A stretch of 64,000 nucleotides of DNA from Haliotis cracherodii (Eukaryota), in NCBI RefSeq assembly GCF_022045235.1, contig NW_027266319.1:35774001-35838000 (forward strand), given 5' to 3'. Below are positions 33,564-48,430 of the stretch, one piece after another. The first letter of the stretch is position 1. The number at the start of each line of letters is the position of its first letter. Under the pieces are notes generated by a model that did not search any database, was not told the origin of the DNA, and saw only the letters and a list, made by a program, of their open reading frames with translations. A program made the translations under genes and the position numbers.

Positions 33564-36500
33564 AGGAGGAGGGGTAAAGGAAAGTCCATTGGTAGGGCGG
33601 AGGTAGGGGCAGGTGGGGAAATGGGTATTATTAGAGGACAGGTGAGGGGGGTTACATTGGTAGGCCGGGGCTAGGGGCAGGTTTCAACAAAGAAAGTAAA
33701 TGCACCATCATGATACTGGATTTCTGGTTCATCATTTGATTGACTGGTTTGTTTACATGCCCCCGTGGCATGGCAAGAGTACTGCTGTGTTGGTCTCAGA
33801 AACAAGGACATACTTTCTTATGTAAATTTTGCAGGTACTACCCGTAGGGCAGGAAATGTTTACCATTTTCGTGAACACCTGGTGTCATCCATTTATAAAC
33901 TTTTCATGTCTTTTTTGCCTTTACAAGCAATGGAATCTGCTTATTGCAAGGCAAGGCAAGGACGTTTGATAAATTACAGCAGTGTAAATCATACTAAAAC
34001 CTCAGGTTCTGTGTTACTTTTAGTTAAAGGACGAAAAATGTAAATTGTGCAAGATAATGACATTATTTCCGTCGTGTTATATCATAAACTGGTCATAAAA
34101 CCTTTTCGGATTTCATATGTTAGAAAAAGGAATTTCTTAGTTATCATATGACACATTCTCTTAATAGCTGAGAGAACGTCCCTTCAAATAAACGAGTTAA
34201 ATTTATACTGTGACAATGCCACATGTACATCTATATGAGGCAAATCTGTGTCCCAAACGTGTATTACTCGTGAAGAAATATAAGATATGACAAAATATAT
34301 ACTTGCTATATCAATGCATGTGTCATCAGTACTCATCAGAGTGACCCACTTTTTGTGTCCAGATCATGAAACATTTACCATTCACCCATGCTTGTCTTTA
34401 GAATGTGTTAGTGTCAATGGCTGCTAGTTGTAAAAAGAGATCTATGGAGGACCAGCTGTGACATGCATATCATATCAACTTATGATCAGTGCTCATGAGA
34501 GTAACACCTTTTGGTTTCCATTTTAGAAAACCTTCACCTGTTATCTTTTCTGTCTTAGGAATGTGTTAGGTCAAATCAGCTCCTAGCTATGAATATTACT
34601 TGATGGAGGACCAGCTGTGACCTGGTTCGTTGTGTGTCATCATGGTTTGCCTGGCCCGGACTGGATTACCTTACATGCCACCACAATACAGCTGTAAGAT
34701 TACCCATTTCTTCAATCACTCACCCATTGGTTTGTTTACCATAACATGTTCCATGTGTGAAACAACTGAGGCTATAAAGTATAATACCGATGTATCAAGC
34801 CTGTTGGTTTGGAAAATGATACAGGTACTCACTCACATCTTACCAAGTATGTTCCACATTTGTTTTAATCCCATCAGAGGAATCCATTCTCACCTTGACA
34901 GTCAAACTAAAGCATTTCTGAGCTTTTGAATGAGAAAATATCAAACTTCCGTCTCAGTGGACATATTGTATGTTGTCTCTTGTCACTATATTGTCTGAAT
35001 ATTGCCAGTGTGACGTAAACGTTTAACTCAATATCAGACACAGTAATAAAAGCAACTGCCCACATGTTCTCTTAACATCTGGTGCAAAGTATATGACAAA
35101 TAATCTAAGATAAATCAAAATTTGATATTTCAGGGAGTAAAAGCATTTTCAGTCACGAGTGATGCACAAACATCTCAAAGTCATATATTTGTGGGTTTAA
35201 AGAGTGTGCCAACCCCCTTTTGGTATGCTGATGCCCATATTGCAATGTTGAAAATGATATTTCGTCTTTCTTTTCTTGCAAGGACTGACAATTCTATAAT
35301 AGATTTGGCTCTTAGCTAATGAGCTTACTCATGGGCCATGCATCGTATGTGAATATACCAATTTAATTTACTTGCATCAGCTGTGAACACTGATATTACT
35401 AAGAATCACAAATGTGACATTGTATATATTGTTGCAATTTATGGTTCAAGTTAAATTGCTCTCGTCAAGCATTGTTTGTGCAACACTGAGGGTTAAAATC
35501 ACAGAATATAACGGTGACCTTTCGTTGAAGATACATGCTGATACTTCATGACAATTTACAACCTTGTTCATTTACAACAGTCATACACACTGAGTGATAT
35601 CACCAAGACAATGCTGTTAGCTATCTATAATTGGTTACTGAGATACCTTTTGCGATGCTTAGCAATGTACTTTCACTCAAATTGTTCCTCTACTTTAACA
35701 AACCACACAATTCAACTTCAGTTGTTAAAATAAAACATAACTACTACTTAGACTGCAAATTGATATTTTATTATGAAACCATTGTAGACATAAGTAAGAA
35801 ACAAGCACATGTTTTTCAGTTACATACTAAATAAACGGCCTCCAACCTCCCCTCACAGCCGTCCCTTTCCACACTTCACATACACTTACAAAACTGTACA
35901 GTGACATGTTTCCACTGTATATTTTTCATTACTTGATAGTTGAGCGAATATGTAGATGGTTCACAGAGAAAAAAAAGGAAAGAGTAGGATTGTAGAGACA
36001 ACATTAAGACAAGAGATAATACAAGACAGGAAACTGTAGTTTAGTAGAGGGAACATTAAGATAATAGCTAGTACAAGAGTAGGAAAGTAGGAAAAACATA
36101 TTGATGGTTCAAAGAACAACGCTGAAGAGACTAGGATAGTAGAGAGTAGAACAGTAAGACAGTACATTGTACAAAACAGGAAGAGAAGGATATTAGAGAC
36201 AACATTTAAGATATTAGATAGTTCAAGACAGGAAAGAGTAGGGTAGTAGTAGTAAATGGTAGATAGTACAAAGGTGGAGTGAATGGGATAGCAAAGAGGA
36301 CTTTACGATAGTTGGCAGTACTAGGAAGGAAAGAGGATGATAGTCATGGTAGTAGAGAGAATAGAATTAGATATCAGACAGCACATGACAGGAGAGAGCA
36401 GGATAGTTGAGGTAGAAAGTAGATCGTAGATAGTACGAAGGTTGGGGAAATGGGATAGTTGAGAGGATATTAAGATAGTATGTAGTAGAAGGAAGGAAAG

Positions 36501-37654
36501 AGGATGATAGCAAAGCAAAAATAAATAAATAACAGACAGTACAAGGCAGGGGAGAGCAAGATAGGAGAGACAACAATAAGATAGTATATAGTACAAGGCA
36601 GGAAAGGGTAGGATAGTGGAGAGCAGAAAAATTAAGATAGCACATGGTACAAGACAGGGGTAGAGTAGCATAGGAGAGACAACAATAAGATAGTGGATAG
36701 AACAAAATACCAAAGAATAACAAAGTAGAGAGACAGCACTAGGATAGCAGATAGTAGAAAAATTGGGATGTTACAGAGTGGGGTAGCAATGGTTGGTACT
36801 GAGAAATGTTTAAAGGGAAGAACAGGATAGCAGAGAATGGGGAGATGAAGAAAATAACAAAGTACAGATTTGAAGGAAAGCACAAATAATGATTGAGTAT
36901 GATAGTAGAGAAAAGAAATATATAGCCGACAGTACAAGGCACGGGAGAGTAGGATAGGAGAGACAACAATAAGATAGTAGATAGTACAAGGCAGGAATGA
37001 GGAGGATAGTAGAGAGAAGAAAATTAAGATAGCAAATAGTACAAGACAGGAGAGAGAGAGTAGGATAGGAGAGACAACAATAAGATACAAACAAAATACC
37101 TAATAGTAACAAAGTAGACAGACAGCACTAGGATAGTAGATAGTAGGAAAATGGAATAGTACAGAGTGGGGTAGCAGTGGTTGGTACTGAGAAATGTTTA
37201 AAGGGAAGAACAGGATAGCAGAGAAAGGGGAGAAGAAGAAAATAACAAAGTACAGATTTGAAGGAAAGCACAAATAATGAGTATGATAGTAGTGTAGTGT
37301 AGGACTGTACTTAGGCAAGTGTAGGGCAGTTAGGATAGTGAATGACTGGAGAGTGCATATAAGTTTGGCAGTACACAGTAGGGTAGTGTTGGACAGTTAT
37401 TGAGAGGATAGTGTAGGTCAGTAGAGAGTAGGTTAGTGTAGGCCAATACAGTGCAGTGTTGGAGAGTATCCAGACAGGAGAGATAGTAGGATAGATTAGG
37501 TAAGTATAGAGTAGGGTAGTAGTGTATGTATGACCGAAGAATAGTTTTGGATAGAATAGGATATTACTGAAGAGGGCAGAGTACGTCTGTACATGGTTGG
37601 GTGGTTTAAGACAGTAGAAAGTAAAGAAGAGAATGACAATGCACGGTACAGTAG

Positions 37655-37827
37655 GAGTGAGTGAGTGAATGTGTATTGTTTTCCGGAGCTTTTAGCAATA
37701 TTCCAGCAATATCACGGCGGGGGACAACCAGAAATGGGCTTCAGACACTGTACACATGTCAGGATTCGAACCCAGGTCTTCGGGGTCACAAGCAAAAGCT
37801 TTAACCACTAGGCTACCAGACTGCCCC
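37655..37827 (-). mobile_element. tRNA-derived SINE
   Basis: A-box TAGCCTAGTGG, B box GGTTCGAATCC, (ACTC)n tail. Confidence 0.88.
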
Positions 37828-38128
37828 AGACTAGTGTAGGAAAGTATGTAGCAGAGTAGTATATGAAAGTACATAGTAGACTCGAGTAGTGTATCACATT
37901 ACATGGTAGTGTAGATTAGGCTAGTACATGGTAGGGTAAGGTAGCACAGTACATACTAGAGTAGTGTAGGATAGTACACAGTACAGAAGTGTAGCACAGT
38001 AGATGGTAGTGTAGAGCACAACAGTACAAAGTACTGCAAAACAATGACTGTTAGTGAAAGAATCATATATAAACATCAACCTACTATACACCAATCTATA
38101 CCTACCTGTTCCCTGCCCCTTACAGTGT

Positions 38129-39872
38129 TTAGAAAAAGTCCCTGGTGCCACATGAGAGACTGGAGCTGTACTCAGCCAGGAGAGCTTCCAGGTCCTCAAG
38201 AGTGTCCGGGCGCTCCTCCAGTCTCGCCTGCTTCACAGCTTGGGACACCTCGCTGTTGTCATCTGGGCACTTCCTCTTGCGTGAGGGCAGGGACTCCTTG
38301 CTAGGCTCAGATGTGGGTTTCTTCTTTTTCCTTAAAATGAGTTTGGTAAGATACAGATATTCCACATCATATTCATCATCAGAGTTTGGCTCACATCTGT
38401 CCACTGACTTGGCAGAATTTACACTTAATGTTGCAGCAGTGACACCACCTGACTTAGGACTCTCTGGTGCTGAAACAACCTTATCCTTTACATTCTTAAC
38501 AGGGACAGGGGATATCTTGCAACCTGTACTGGGCAAGACAGACTTTGGCTTTAAGTATGCACCATCAGCAGACAACAACTGTTCAGCAAAACTAATCTTA
38601 GGTGAGGCCTTAATGATACTATTTCTACCCGCAGACTTGGTGATACGGTTCCCCAGGGGTCTGCTCTGGGTTTTGATGTGCTGAGCTCCAAGAGGCTGAG
38701 GCACAAAGTAGGGCTTGCTCTCTGGCTGATGCTTGCTCACTTTCTCCTTCAGAGTGCGAGGCTTTGGCTGAGGTTTTGGCCTGAACGTGTGGGGTTTGCG
38801 TTTGCAGGGCTTGAGCTCGAGTTTCTGCTTTTGATGGACATTGGGTTCTGGGTTGCTTGTTGAAGGCATGGGAGGAGTTTCAACATGGGCTATAGACTGG
38901 GGAGGAGGAACTGGACTGGGTGGGTCAAGTTGGGGCAGAACACAGGAGAAGGCCTAATGGATGATACAGTCATTGTATCATTTTTATATTTCATGATTAT
39001 GTAAGTACAATGAAAGTATATCTCTACTATAAAAACAAGTATAATTATGGTTTGAGGTACGTTTTATAAATAGTCAAAAAACAAGAATACTCCTGCATAC
39101 CTCTGGTCTCATCAGCTCCAGGTCTAGCACTGAACTGGGCAGGCTGACAGGCAGCTGGCAGACAGGCATCATCCCCCTACGTCTATTGCAATGTGGTAGC
39201 TGGACTGCAGGAGGCAGGGGGGTACCAGTCACAGATGACTGACCTCCAGGCTGAAGGAGTCTTGGCTGTAAGTAACCAGCATCCAGGGAGAGGTTAACAG
39301 GATTACCAGCTGGTATCCAGATAGTGTTGTTATCTATCAGACATCTGGTCCCATCTCCCAACACCACTGTTGGCAGCCCGGGGAGCAAGCGGGTCACAGG
39401 CACTGTAACAGTGAATAGTTTCCTAAACTGCCTACAACTACAAGATAATTCGTCATTTCGTTAATAGTGAAAACCAATATCTAACTGTTCATTAGAATTA
39501 TGTCTTTTGAAAACAGGTTTAGCGTGTCTGCAGGAATTCCACGAAGTCGAAAATGTTGTGTATCATGTTCACTTTTTGTGACAGTACAACTAAAAAGTAA
39601 AATTCCCTAAAATGTTCAGGTTACCAATCACCATCTAAAGTTATTGGGAAACTCTACAATATAACACACTGGAAATTCAAATTCCGAAAATGTAAATTGG
39701 TTATTGTGCAATTCTGTAATAGAGGACCTTCAAACAGACAATGAAAATTGAATATGCGGTCCGGAAACATCAGCGTTTCATTCTTTTCATTGTAAACACA
39801 TTAAAACAATCACATGTTGCTTTGTCACTGGGCAAAATACAAATTTCAAATACCTGTCGTAGTGGGATTCAT
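38129..39872 (-). CDS. Uncharacterised putative nuclear protein, copy 3, 381 aa; exons 39872-39854, 39402-39101, 38953-38129
   Basis: Conserved splice sites and an open frame. Confidence 0.85.
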
Positions 39873-39934
39873 AGTTCTCTCCACCTCTTCAAGTCGTACA
39901 CACTTTTAGAGTCGTATTTTGCACGATAAAACTG

Positions 39935-40100
39935 TGAACACTTCCAGTAATATCTCTCAAAATGGCTGACACACAGGAAGGGCTAGCTGTTGTCATGACG
40001 CCGCTACTCTAGGTAAAACCACGCATGCGTCGACTTATGCATAACTCGGCACTTCCGTCTGCCTTACATTGTGAATAGAGATAGATCTACATCAACACTT
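39935..40100. promoter_or_regulatory. Putative bidirectional promoter, copy 3
   Basis: Same motif cluster (ACGCATGCGT at 40021). Confidence 0.5.
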
Positions 40101-40428
40101 GGTAGCCATCTATATAAGGTTGAAGATGGAGAATAAACGTTGTGAAATGCGAAGGTCATTCCAAGGGAAGCTACTCTAGTAGACTTTGCTACTTGACAGG
40201 AGTTACCGTGCTTGAATGAGAATTTTATGATCGCTTCAATGAATCATTAAAAAATACTTCATGTTTGCAATGAGAGTGAGTGAGTGAGTTACTTGTGGGC
40301 CACCTGTGACCCCTTTACAATGTTAAATAAAATACACCGACACTACATCTGTTAAGGTTTAGGCACTTTATTACCATTCTATATAGTAATTAATAAACAA
40401 ATTACATGAACATATTATTTTCTCTCAG

Positions 40429-40586
40429 ATTTAGGGTGCGTTCAAGATTGGAAGTGTCACAATGGCTATTACAGGACTCAAACAGGAGTCACCCGGAAAT
40501 CCTTATCTTATGCAAAATAATTCAATAGTAGGGAAGCCAATTATGTCACTGTAACATAATTCTTTAACTTTCGCCTGGCAACAGTG
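40429..40586 (+). pseudogene. Truncated nonsense-bearing copy of the plus-strand gene exon
   Basis: ATG at 40462, TAA at 40552, truncated by the minisatellite. Confidence 0.65.
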
Positions 40587-43500
40587 GAGGAGGAGGGGTA
40601 AAGGGAAGTCCATTGGTAGGGCGGAGGTAGGGGCAGGTAGGGAAATGGGTATTATTAGAGGAGGACAGGTGAGGGGGGTTACATTGGTAGGACGGAGGTA
40701 GAGGCAGACGGGGAAATGGAGGAGGAGAGGTGAATGGAAGTACATTGTTAGGACGGGAGTAGGGGCAGGTTGTGAAATGGGGGACATTGGAGGAGGAGAG
40801 GTGAAGGGAAGTACACTCGTAGGCCGGGGCTAGGGGCAGGTTGGGACATGGAGGAGAGATGAAGGGAAGTACATTGGTGGGTCGGAGGTAGGGGCAGGTC
40901 GGGAAGTTGAGGACATTGGAGGTTGAGAGGTGAAGGGAAGTACATTGGTGGGTCGGAGGTAGGGGCAGGTCGGGAAGTTGAGGACATCGGAGGTGGAGAG
41001 GTGAAGGGAAGTACATTGGTAGGCCGGAGGTAGGGGCAAGTTGGGAAATGGAGATCATTGAACGAGGAGAGGTGAAGGGAAGCACACTGTTAAGACGGGA
41101 ATAGGACCTGGTGGGGAAATGGAGGACATCGGAGAAGACAGTAAGGGATGTAATTGGTGTGATGGATGAAGGAGCAGATGGGGGGAAAGGGGGACATGGG
41201 AGTATTTGTAGAGAAGGGAAGAGCGGTGGAAGGCCTGACGTAGGTGCAGGTTGGGAAACATAACGGGGTAGATACGTCACGGAGGGGTTGAGGGAAGTAC
41301 AGTGGTTGGATGGAAGTAGGAGCAAGTGGGGAAAGCAGGAGCTGGTTGAGAAATAGGAGTCAAGGGAGCAGGAGAAGGGAAAAAAAAAAAAAAAAAAGTG
41401 GAGGGAAACAAAGGACATGAGCGAAAGAGACAGGGGAAGGGTTGGATTATAGAGGCAGAATTAAGGCATGACGAATGGGGAAATGGAAGTTATATAGGAT
41501 AAGGACAGGGTAAGGGAAGTTTTGTTGGAGAACGGAGGTCGGGGCTGGTGTGGAAATTGGGACATTAGAGTAGGAGAGAGGAGTTGTATTGTAAGGGACC
41601 GAAACTGGAGGTAGAAACTGCTCGTGAATTGATGACATGGGAGTAGCCAAGGTGAAGGGAACTTTTGTGGAAATGTTGGGAAATGAGAGTCATGTGTTAT
41701 AAGAGAGGATAGGTTGTAAAGTGGGAGGAAGAAGATAAGAGAAAAAATAGATAGAAATTCTAAGGTAGTTTAGCATTGTCCTCAATGGAATAGTTTAATG
41801 ATTCCTCTGAAAAGCCTTGTTAACGTATTGAGACCATTTGTGAAAACTAATTTCAGATTAACATGAGAAACCTGATATGAACAATAGGTCTTGCACATTG
41901 TGAACGACCACAGACCTCTTGGAACTTGTGCAACTAACGTTGAACACTGCCACAGGTGTCTCCAGCTACATGTGATATAGCTAGGGTATATCTAATTCAA
42001 AATTACCATACATTTTTGGTTTCAACAAAGAAAGTAAATGCACCATCATGATACTGGATTTCTGGTTCATCATTTGATTGTCTGGTTTGTTTACATGCCC
42101 CCGTGGCATGGCAAGAGTACTGCTGTGTTGGTCTCGGAAACAAGGACATACTTTCTTATGTAAATTTTGCAGGTACTACCCGTAGGGTCGGAAATGTTTA
42201 CCATTTTCGTGAACACCTGGTGTCATCCATTTATAAACTTTTCATGTCTTTTTTGCCTTTACAAGCAATGGAATCTGCTTATTGCAAGGCAAGGCAAGGA
42301 CGTTTGATAAATTACAGCAGTGTAAAACCATACTAAATCCTCAGGTTCTGTGTTACTTTAAGTTAAAGGACGAAAAATGTAAATTGTGCAAGGTAATGAC
42401 ATTATGTCCGTCGTGTTATATCATAAACTGGTCAGAAAACCTTTTCGGATTTCATATGTTAGAAACAGGAATTTCTTAGTTATCATATGACACAATCTCC
42501 TTATAGCTGAGAGAACGTCCCTTCAAATAAACGAGTTAAATTTATACTGTGACAATGCCACATGTACATCTATATGAGGCAAATCTGTGTCCCAAACGTG
42601 TATTACTCGTGAAGAAATATAAGATATTACAAAATATATACTTGCTATATAAATGCATGTGTCGTCAGTACTCATCAGGGTGACCCACCTTTTGTGTCAA
42701 GATCATGAAACATTTACCATTCACCCATGCTTGTCTTTAGAATGTGTTAGTGTCAATGGCTGCTAGTTGTAAAAAGAGATCTATGGAGGACCAGCTGTGA
42801 CATGCATATCATATCAACTTATGATCAGTGCTCATGAGAGTAACACCTTTTGGTTTCCATTTTAGAAAACCTTCACCTGTTACCCATTCTTGTCTTAGGA
42901 ATGTGTTAGGTCAAATCAGCTCCTAGCTATGATTATTACTTGATGGAGGACCAGCTGTGACCTGGTTCGTTGTGTGTCATCATGGTTTGCCTGGCCCAGA
43001 CTGGATTACCTTACATGCCACCACAATACAGCTGTAAGATTACCCATTTCTTCAATCACTCACCCATTGGTTTGTTTACCATAACATGTTCCATGTGTGT
43101 ATTGCTGCATTCAGAGAAACAACTGAGGCTATAAAGTATAATACCGATGTATCAGGTCTGTTGGTTTGGAAAATGATACAGGTACTCACTCACATCTTAC
43201 CAAGTGTGTTCCACATTTGTTTTACTCCCATCAGAGGAATCCATTCTCACCTTGACAGTCAAAATTAAAGCATTTCTGAGCTTTTGAATGAGAAAATATC
43301 AAACTTCCTTCTCAGTGGACATATTGTATGTTGTCTCTTGTCACTATATTGTGGCAATATTGCCAGTGTGACGTAAACGTTTAACTCAATATCAGACACA
43401 GTAATAAAAGCAACTGCCCACATGTTCTCTTAACATCTGGTGCAAAGTATATGACAATTAATCTAAGTTAAATTAAAATTTGATATTTCCGGGAGTAAAA

Positions 43501-45933
43501 GCATTTTCAGTCACGAGTGATGAATAAACATCTCAAAGTCATATATTTGTGGGTTTAAAGAGTGTGCCAACCCTCTTTTGGTATGCTGATGCCCATATTG
43601 CAATGTTGAAAATTATATTTCGTCTTTCTTTTCTTGCAAGGACTGACAATTCTATAATAGATTTGGCTCTTAGCTAATGAGCTTACTCATGGGCCATGCA
43701 TCGTATGTGAATATACCAATTTAATTTACTTGCATCAGCTGTGAACACTGATATTACTCAAGAATCACAAATGTGACATTAATATTGTTGCAATTTATGG
43801 TTCAAGTTAAATTGCTCTCGTCAAGCATTGTTTGTGCAACACTGAGGGTTAAAATCACAGAATATAACGGTGACTTGTCGTTTAAGATACATGCTGATAC
43901 TTCATGACAATTTACAACCTTGTTCATTTACAACAGTCATACACACTGAGTGACATCACCAAGACAATGCTGTTAGCTATCTATAATTGGTTACTGAGAT
44001 ACCTTTTGCGATGCTTAGCAATGTACTTTCACTCAAATTGTTCCTCTACTTTAACAAACCACACAATTCAACTTCAGTTGTTAAAATAAAACATAACTAC
44101 TACTTAGACTGCAAAGTGATATTTTATTATGAAACCATTGTAGACACAAGTTAGAAACAGGCACGTTTTTCAGTTACATACTAAATAAAATGCCTCCAAC
44201 CTCCCCTCACAGCCGTCCCTTTCCTCACTTCACATACACTTATTAAACTGTACAGTGACATGTTTCCACTGTATATTTGTCATTACTTTATAGTTGAGCG
44301 AATATTTAGATGGTTCACAGAGAAAAAAAAGGAAAGAGTAGGATTGTAGAGACAACATTAAGACAAGAGATAATACAAGACAGGAAACTGTAGTTTAGTA
44401 GAAGGAACATTAAGATAATAGCTAGTACAAGAGTAGGAAAGTAGGATAGGAGAGACAACAATAAGATAGTAGATAGTACAAGGCAGGAAAGGGTAGGATA
44501 GTGGAGAGCAGAAAAATTAAGATAGCAAATGGTACAAGACAGGGGTAGAGTAGGACAGGAGAGACAACAATAAGATAGTAGATAGAACAAAATACCAAAG
44601 AGTAACAAAGTAGAGAGACAGCACTAGGATAGCAGATAGTAGAAAAATTGGGATGGCACAGAGTGGGGTAGCAATGGTTGGTACTGAGAAATGTTTAAAG
44701 GGAAGAACAGGATAGCAGAGAATGGGGAGATGAAGAAAATAACAAAGTACAGATTTGAAGGAAAGCACAAATAATGATTGACTATGATAGTAGAGAAAAA
44801 AGATATATAGCAGACAGTACAAGGCACGGGAGAGATAGGATAGGAGAGACAGCAATAAGATAGTAGATAGTACAAGGCAGGAATGAGGAGGATAGTAGAG
44901 AGAAGAAAATTAAGATAGCAAATAGTACAAGACAGGAGAGAGAGAGTAGGATAGGAGAGACAACAATAAGATACAAACAAAATACCTAATAGTAACAAAG
45001 TAGACAGACAGCACTAGGATAGTAGATAGTAGGAAAATGGAATAGTACAGAGTGGGGTAGCAATGGTTGGTACTGAGAAATGTTTAAAGGGAAGAACAGG
45101 ATAGCAGAGAATGGGGAGATGAAGAAAATAACAAAGTACAGATTTGAAGGAAAGCACAAATAATGATTGAGTATGATAGTAGAGAAAAAAGATATATAGC
45201 AGACAGTACAAGGCACGGGAGAGATAGGATAGGAGAGACAGCAATAAGATAGTAGATAGTACAAGGCAGGAAAGAGGAGGATAGTAGAGAGAAGAAAATT
45301 AAGATAGCAAATAGTACAAGACAGGAGAGAAAGAGTAGGATAGGAGAGACAACAGTAAGATACAAACAAAATACCTAATAGTAACAAAGTAGACAGACAG
45401 CACTAGGATAGTAGATAGTAGGAAAATGGAATAGTACAGAGTGGGGTAGCAGTGGTTGGTACTGAGAAATATTTAAAGGGAAGAACAGGATAGCAGAGAA
45501 TGGGGAGAAGAAGAAAATAACAAAGTACAGATTTGAAGGAAAGCACAAATAATGATTGAGTATGATAGTAGTGTAGTGTAGGACTGTACTTTGGCTAGTG
45601 TAGGGCAGTTAGGATAGTGAATGACTGGAGAGTGCATATAAGTTTGGCAGTACACAGTAGGGTAGTGTTGGACAGTTATTGAGAGGATAGTGTAGGTCAG
45701 TAGAGAGTAAGTTAGTGTAGGCCAATACAGTGCAGTGTTGGAGAGTATCCAGACAGGAGAGATAGTAGGATAGATTAGGTAAGTATAGAGTAGGGTAGTA
45801 GTTTATGTATGACCGAAGAATAGTTTTGAATAGAATAGGATATGACTGAAGAGGGCAGAGTACGTCTGTACATGGTTGGGTGGTTTAAGACAGTAGAAAG
45901 TAAAGAAGAGAATGACAATGCACGGTACAGTAG

Positions 45934-46106
45934 GAGTGAGTGAGTGAATGTGTATTGTTTTCCGGAGCTTTTAGCAATATTCCTGCAATATCACGGCGGG
46001 GGACAACCAGAAATGGGCTTCAGACACTGTACACATGTCAGGATTCGAACCCAGGTCTTCGGGGTCACAAGCAAAAGCTTTAACCACTAGGCTACCAGAC
46101 TGCCCC
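45934..46106 (-). mobile_element. tRNA-derived SINE
   Basis: A box, B box and (ACTC)n tail as in the other units. Confidence 0.88.
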
Positions 46107-46456
46107 AGATAAGTGTAGGAAAGTATGTAGCAGAGTAGTATATGAAAGTACATAGTAGACTCGAGTAGTGTATCACATTACATGGTAGTGTTGAAGGGGC
46201 TAGTACATGGTAGGGTAATGTAGCACAGTACATACTAGAGTAGTGTAGGATAGTACACAGTACAGAAGTGTAGCACAGTAGATGGTAGTGTAGAGCACAA
46301 CAGTACAAAGTACAGAAGTGTAGCACAGTAGATGGTAGTGTAGAGCACAACAGTACGAAGTACTGCAAAACAATGACTGTTAGTGAAAGAATCATATATA
46401 AACATCAACCTACTATACACTATCTATACCTACCTGTTCCCTGCCCCTTACAGTGT

Positions 46457-48200
46457 TTAGAAAAAGTCCCTGGTGCCACATGAGAGACTGGAGCTGTACT
46501 CAGCCAGGAGAGCTTCCAGGTCCTCAAGAGTGTCCTGGCGCTCCTCCAGTCTCGCCTGCTTCACAGCTTGGGACACCTCGCTGTTGTCATCTGGGCACTT
46601 CCTCTTGCGTGAGAGCAGGGACTCCTTGCTAGGCTCAGATGTGGGTTTCTTCTTTTTCCTTAAAATGAGTTTGGTAAGATACAGATATTCCACATCATAT
46701 TCATCATCAGAGTTTGGCTCACATCTGTCCACTGACTTGGCAGAATTTACACTTAATGTTGCAGCAGTGACACCACCTGACTTAGGACTCTCTGGTGCTG
46801 AAACAACCTTATCCTTTACATTCTTAACAGGGACAGGGGATATCTTGCAACCTGTACTGGGCAAGACAGACTTTGGCTTTAAGTATGCACCATCAGCAGA
46901 CAACAACTGTTCAGCAAAACTAATCTTAGGTGAAGCCTTAATGATACTATTTCTACCCGCAGACTTGGTGATACGGTTCCCCAGGGGTCTGCTCTGGGTT
47001 TTGATGTGCTGAGCTCCAAGAGGCTGAGGCACAAAGTAGGGCTTGCTCTCTGGCTGATGCTTGCTCACTTTCTCCTTCAGAGTGCGAGGCTTTGGCTGAG
47101 GTTTTGGCCTGAACGTGCGGGGCTTGCGTTTGCAGGGCTTGAGCTCGAGTTTCTGCTTTTGATGGACATTGGGTTTTGGGTTGCTTGTTGTAGGCATGGG
47201 GGGAGTTTCAACATGGGCCATTGACTGGGGATGAGGAACTGGACTGGGTGGGTCAAGTTGGGGCAGAACACAGGAGAAGGCCTAATGGGTGATACAGTCA
47301 TTGTATCATTTTTATATTTCATGATTATGTAAGCACAATGAACGTATATCTCTACTATAAAAACAAGTATAATTATGTTTTGAGGTACGTTTTATAAATC
47401 ATCAAAAAACAAGAAAACTCCTGCATACCTCTGGTCTCATCAGCTCCAGGTCTAGCACTGAACTGGGCAGGCTGACAGGCAGCTGGCAGACAGGCATCAT
47501 CCCCCTACGTCTATTGCAATGTGGTAGCTGGACTGCAGGAGGCAGGGGGGTACCAGTCACAGATGACTGACCTCCAGGCTGAAGGAGTCTTGGCTGTAAG
47601 TAACCAGCATCCAGGGAGAGGTTAACAGGATTACCAGCTGGTATCCAGATAGTGTTGTTATCTATCAGACATCTGGTCCCATCTCCCAACACCACTGTTG
47701 GCAGCCCGGGGAGCAAGCGGGTCACAGGCACTGTAACAGTGAATAGTTTCCTAAACTGCCTACATCTACAAGATAATTCGTCATTTCGTTAATAGTGAAA
47801 ACCAATATCTAACTGTTCATTAGAATTATGTCTTTTGAAAACAAGTTTAGCGTGTCTGCAGGAATTCCACGAAGTCGAAAATGTTGTGTATCATGTTCAC
47901 TTTTTGTGACAGTACAACTAAAAAGTAAAATTCCCTAAAATGTTCAGGTTACCAATCACCATCTAAAGTTATTGGGAAACTCTACAATATAACACACTGG
48001 AAATTCCAATTCCGAAAATGTAAATTGGTTATTGTGCAATTCTGTTATAGTAGACCTTCAGACAGACAATGAAAATTGAATATGCGGTCTGGAAACATCA
48101 GCGTTTCATTCTTTGCATTGTAAACACATTAAAACAATCACATGTTGCTTTGTCACTGGGCAAAATACAAATTTCAAATACCTGTCGTAGTGGGATTCAT
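46457..48200 (-). CDS. Uncharacterised putative nuclear protein, copy 4, 381 aa; exons 48200-48182, 47730-47429, 47281-46457
   Basis: Conserved splice sites and an open frame. Confidence 0.85.
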
Positions 48201-48262
48201 AGTTCTCTCCACCTCTTCAAGTCGTACACACTTTTAGAGTCGTATTTTTCACGATAAAACTG

Positions 48263-48430
48263 TGAACACTTCCAGTAATATCTCTCAAAATTGCTGACAC
48301 ACAGGAAGGGCTAGCTGTTGTCATGACGTCGCTACTCTAGGTAAAACCACGCATGCGTCGACTTTATGCATAACTCGGCACTTCCGTCTGCCTTACATTG
48401 TGAATAAAGATAGATCTACATCAACATTTA
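48263..48430. promoter_or_regulatory. Putative bidirectional promoter, copy 4 (YY1-like site mutated to AAAATTGC)
   Basis: ACGCATGCGT at 48349, TTATGCATAA and CACTTCCG retained. Confidence 0.5.

Noticed and set aside
36321-37318. Y/L/S/C-rich minus-strand ORFs in the AG-rich repeat (also 21.6-22.9, 44.3-45.7, 52.0-53.3 and 59.4-61.2 kb)
   Set aside because: They are translations of a degenerate minisatellite, overlap in all frames and vary between units.
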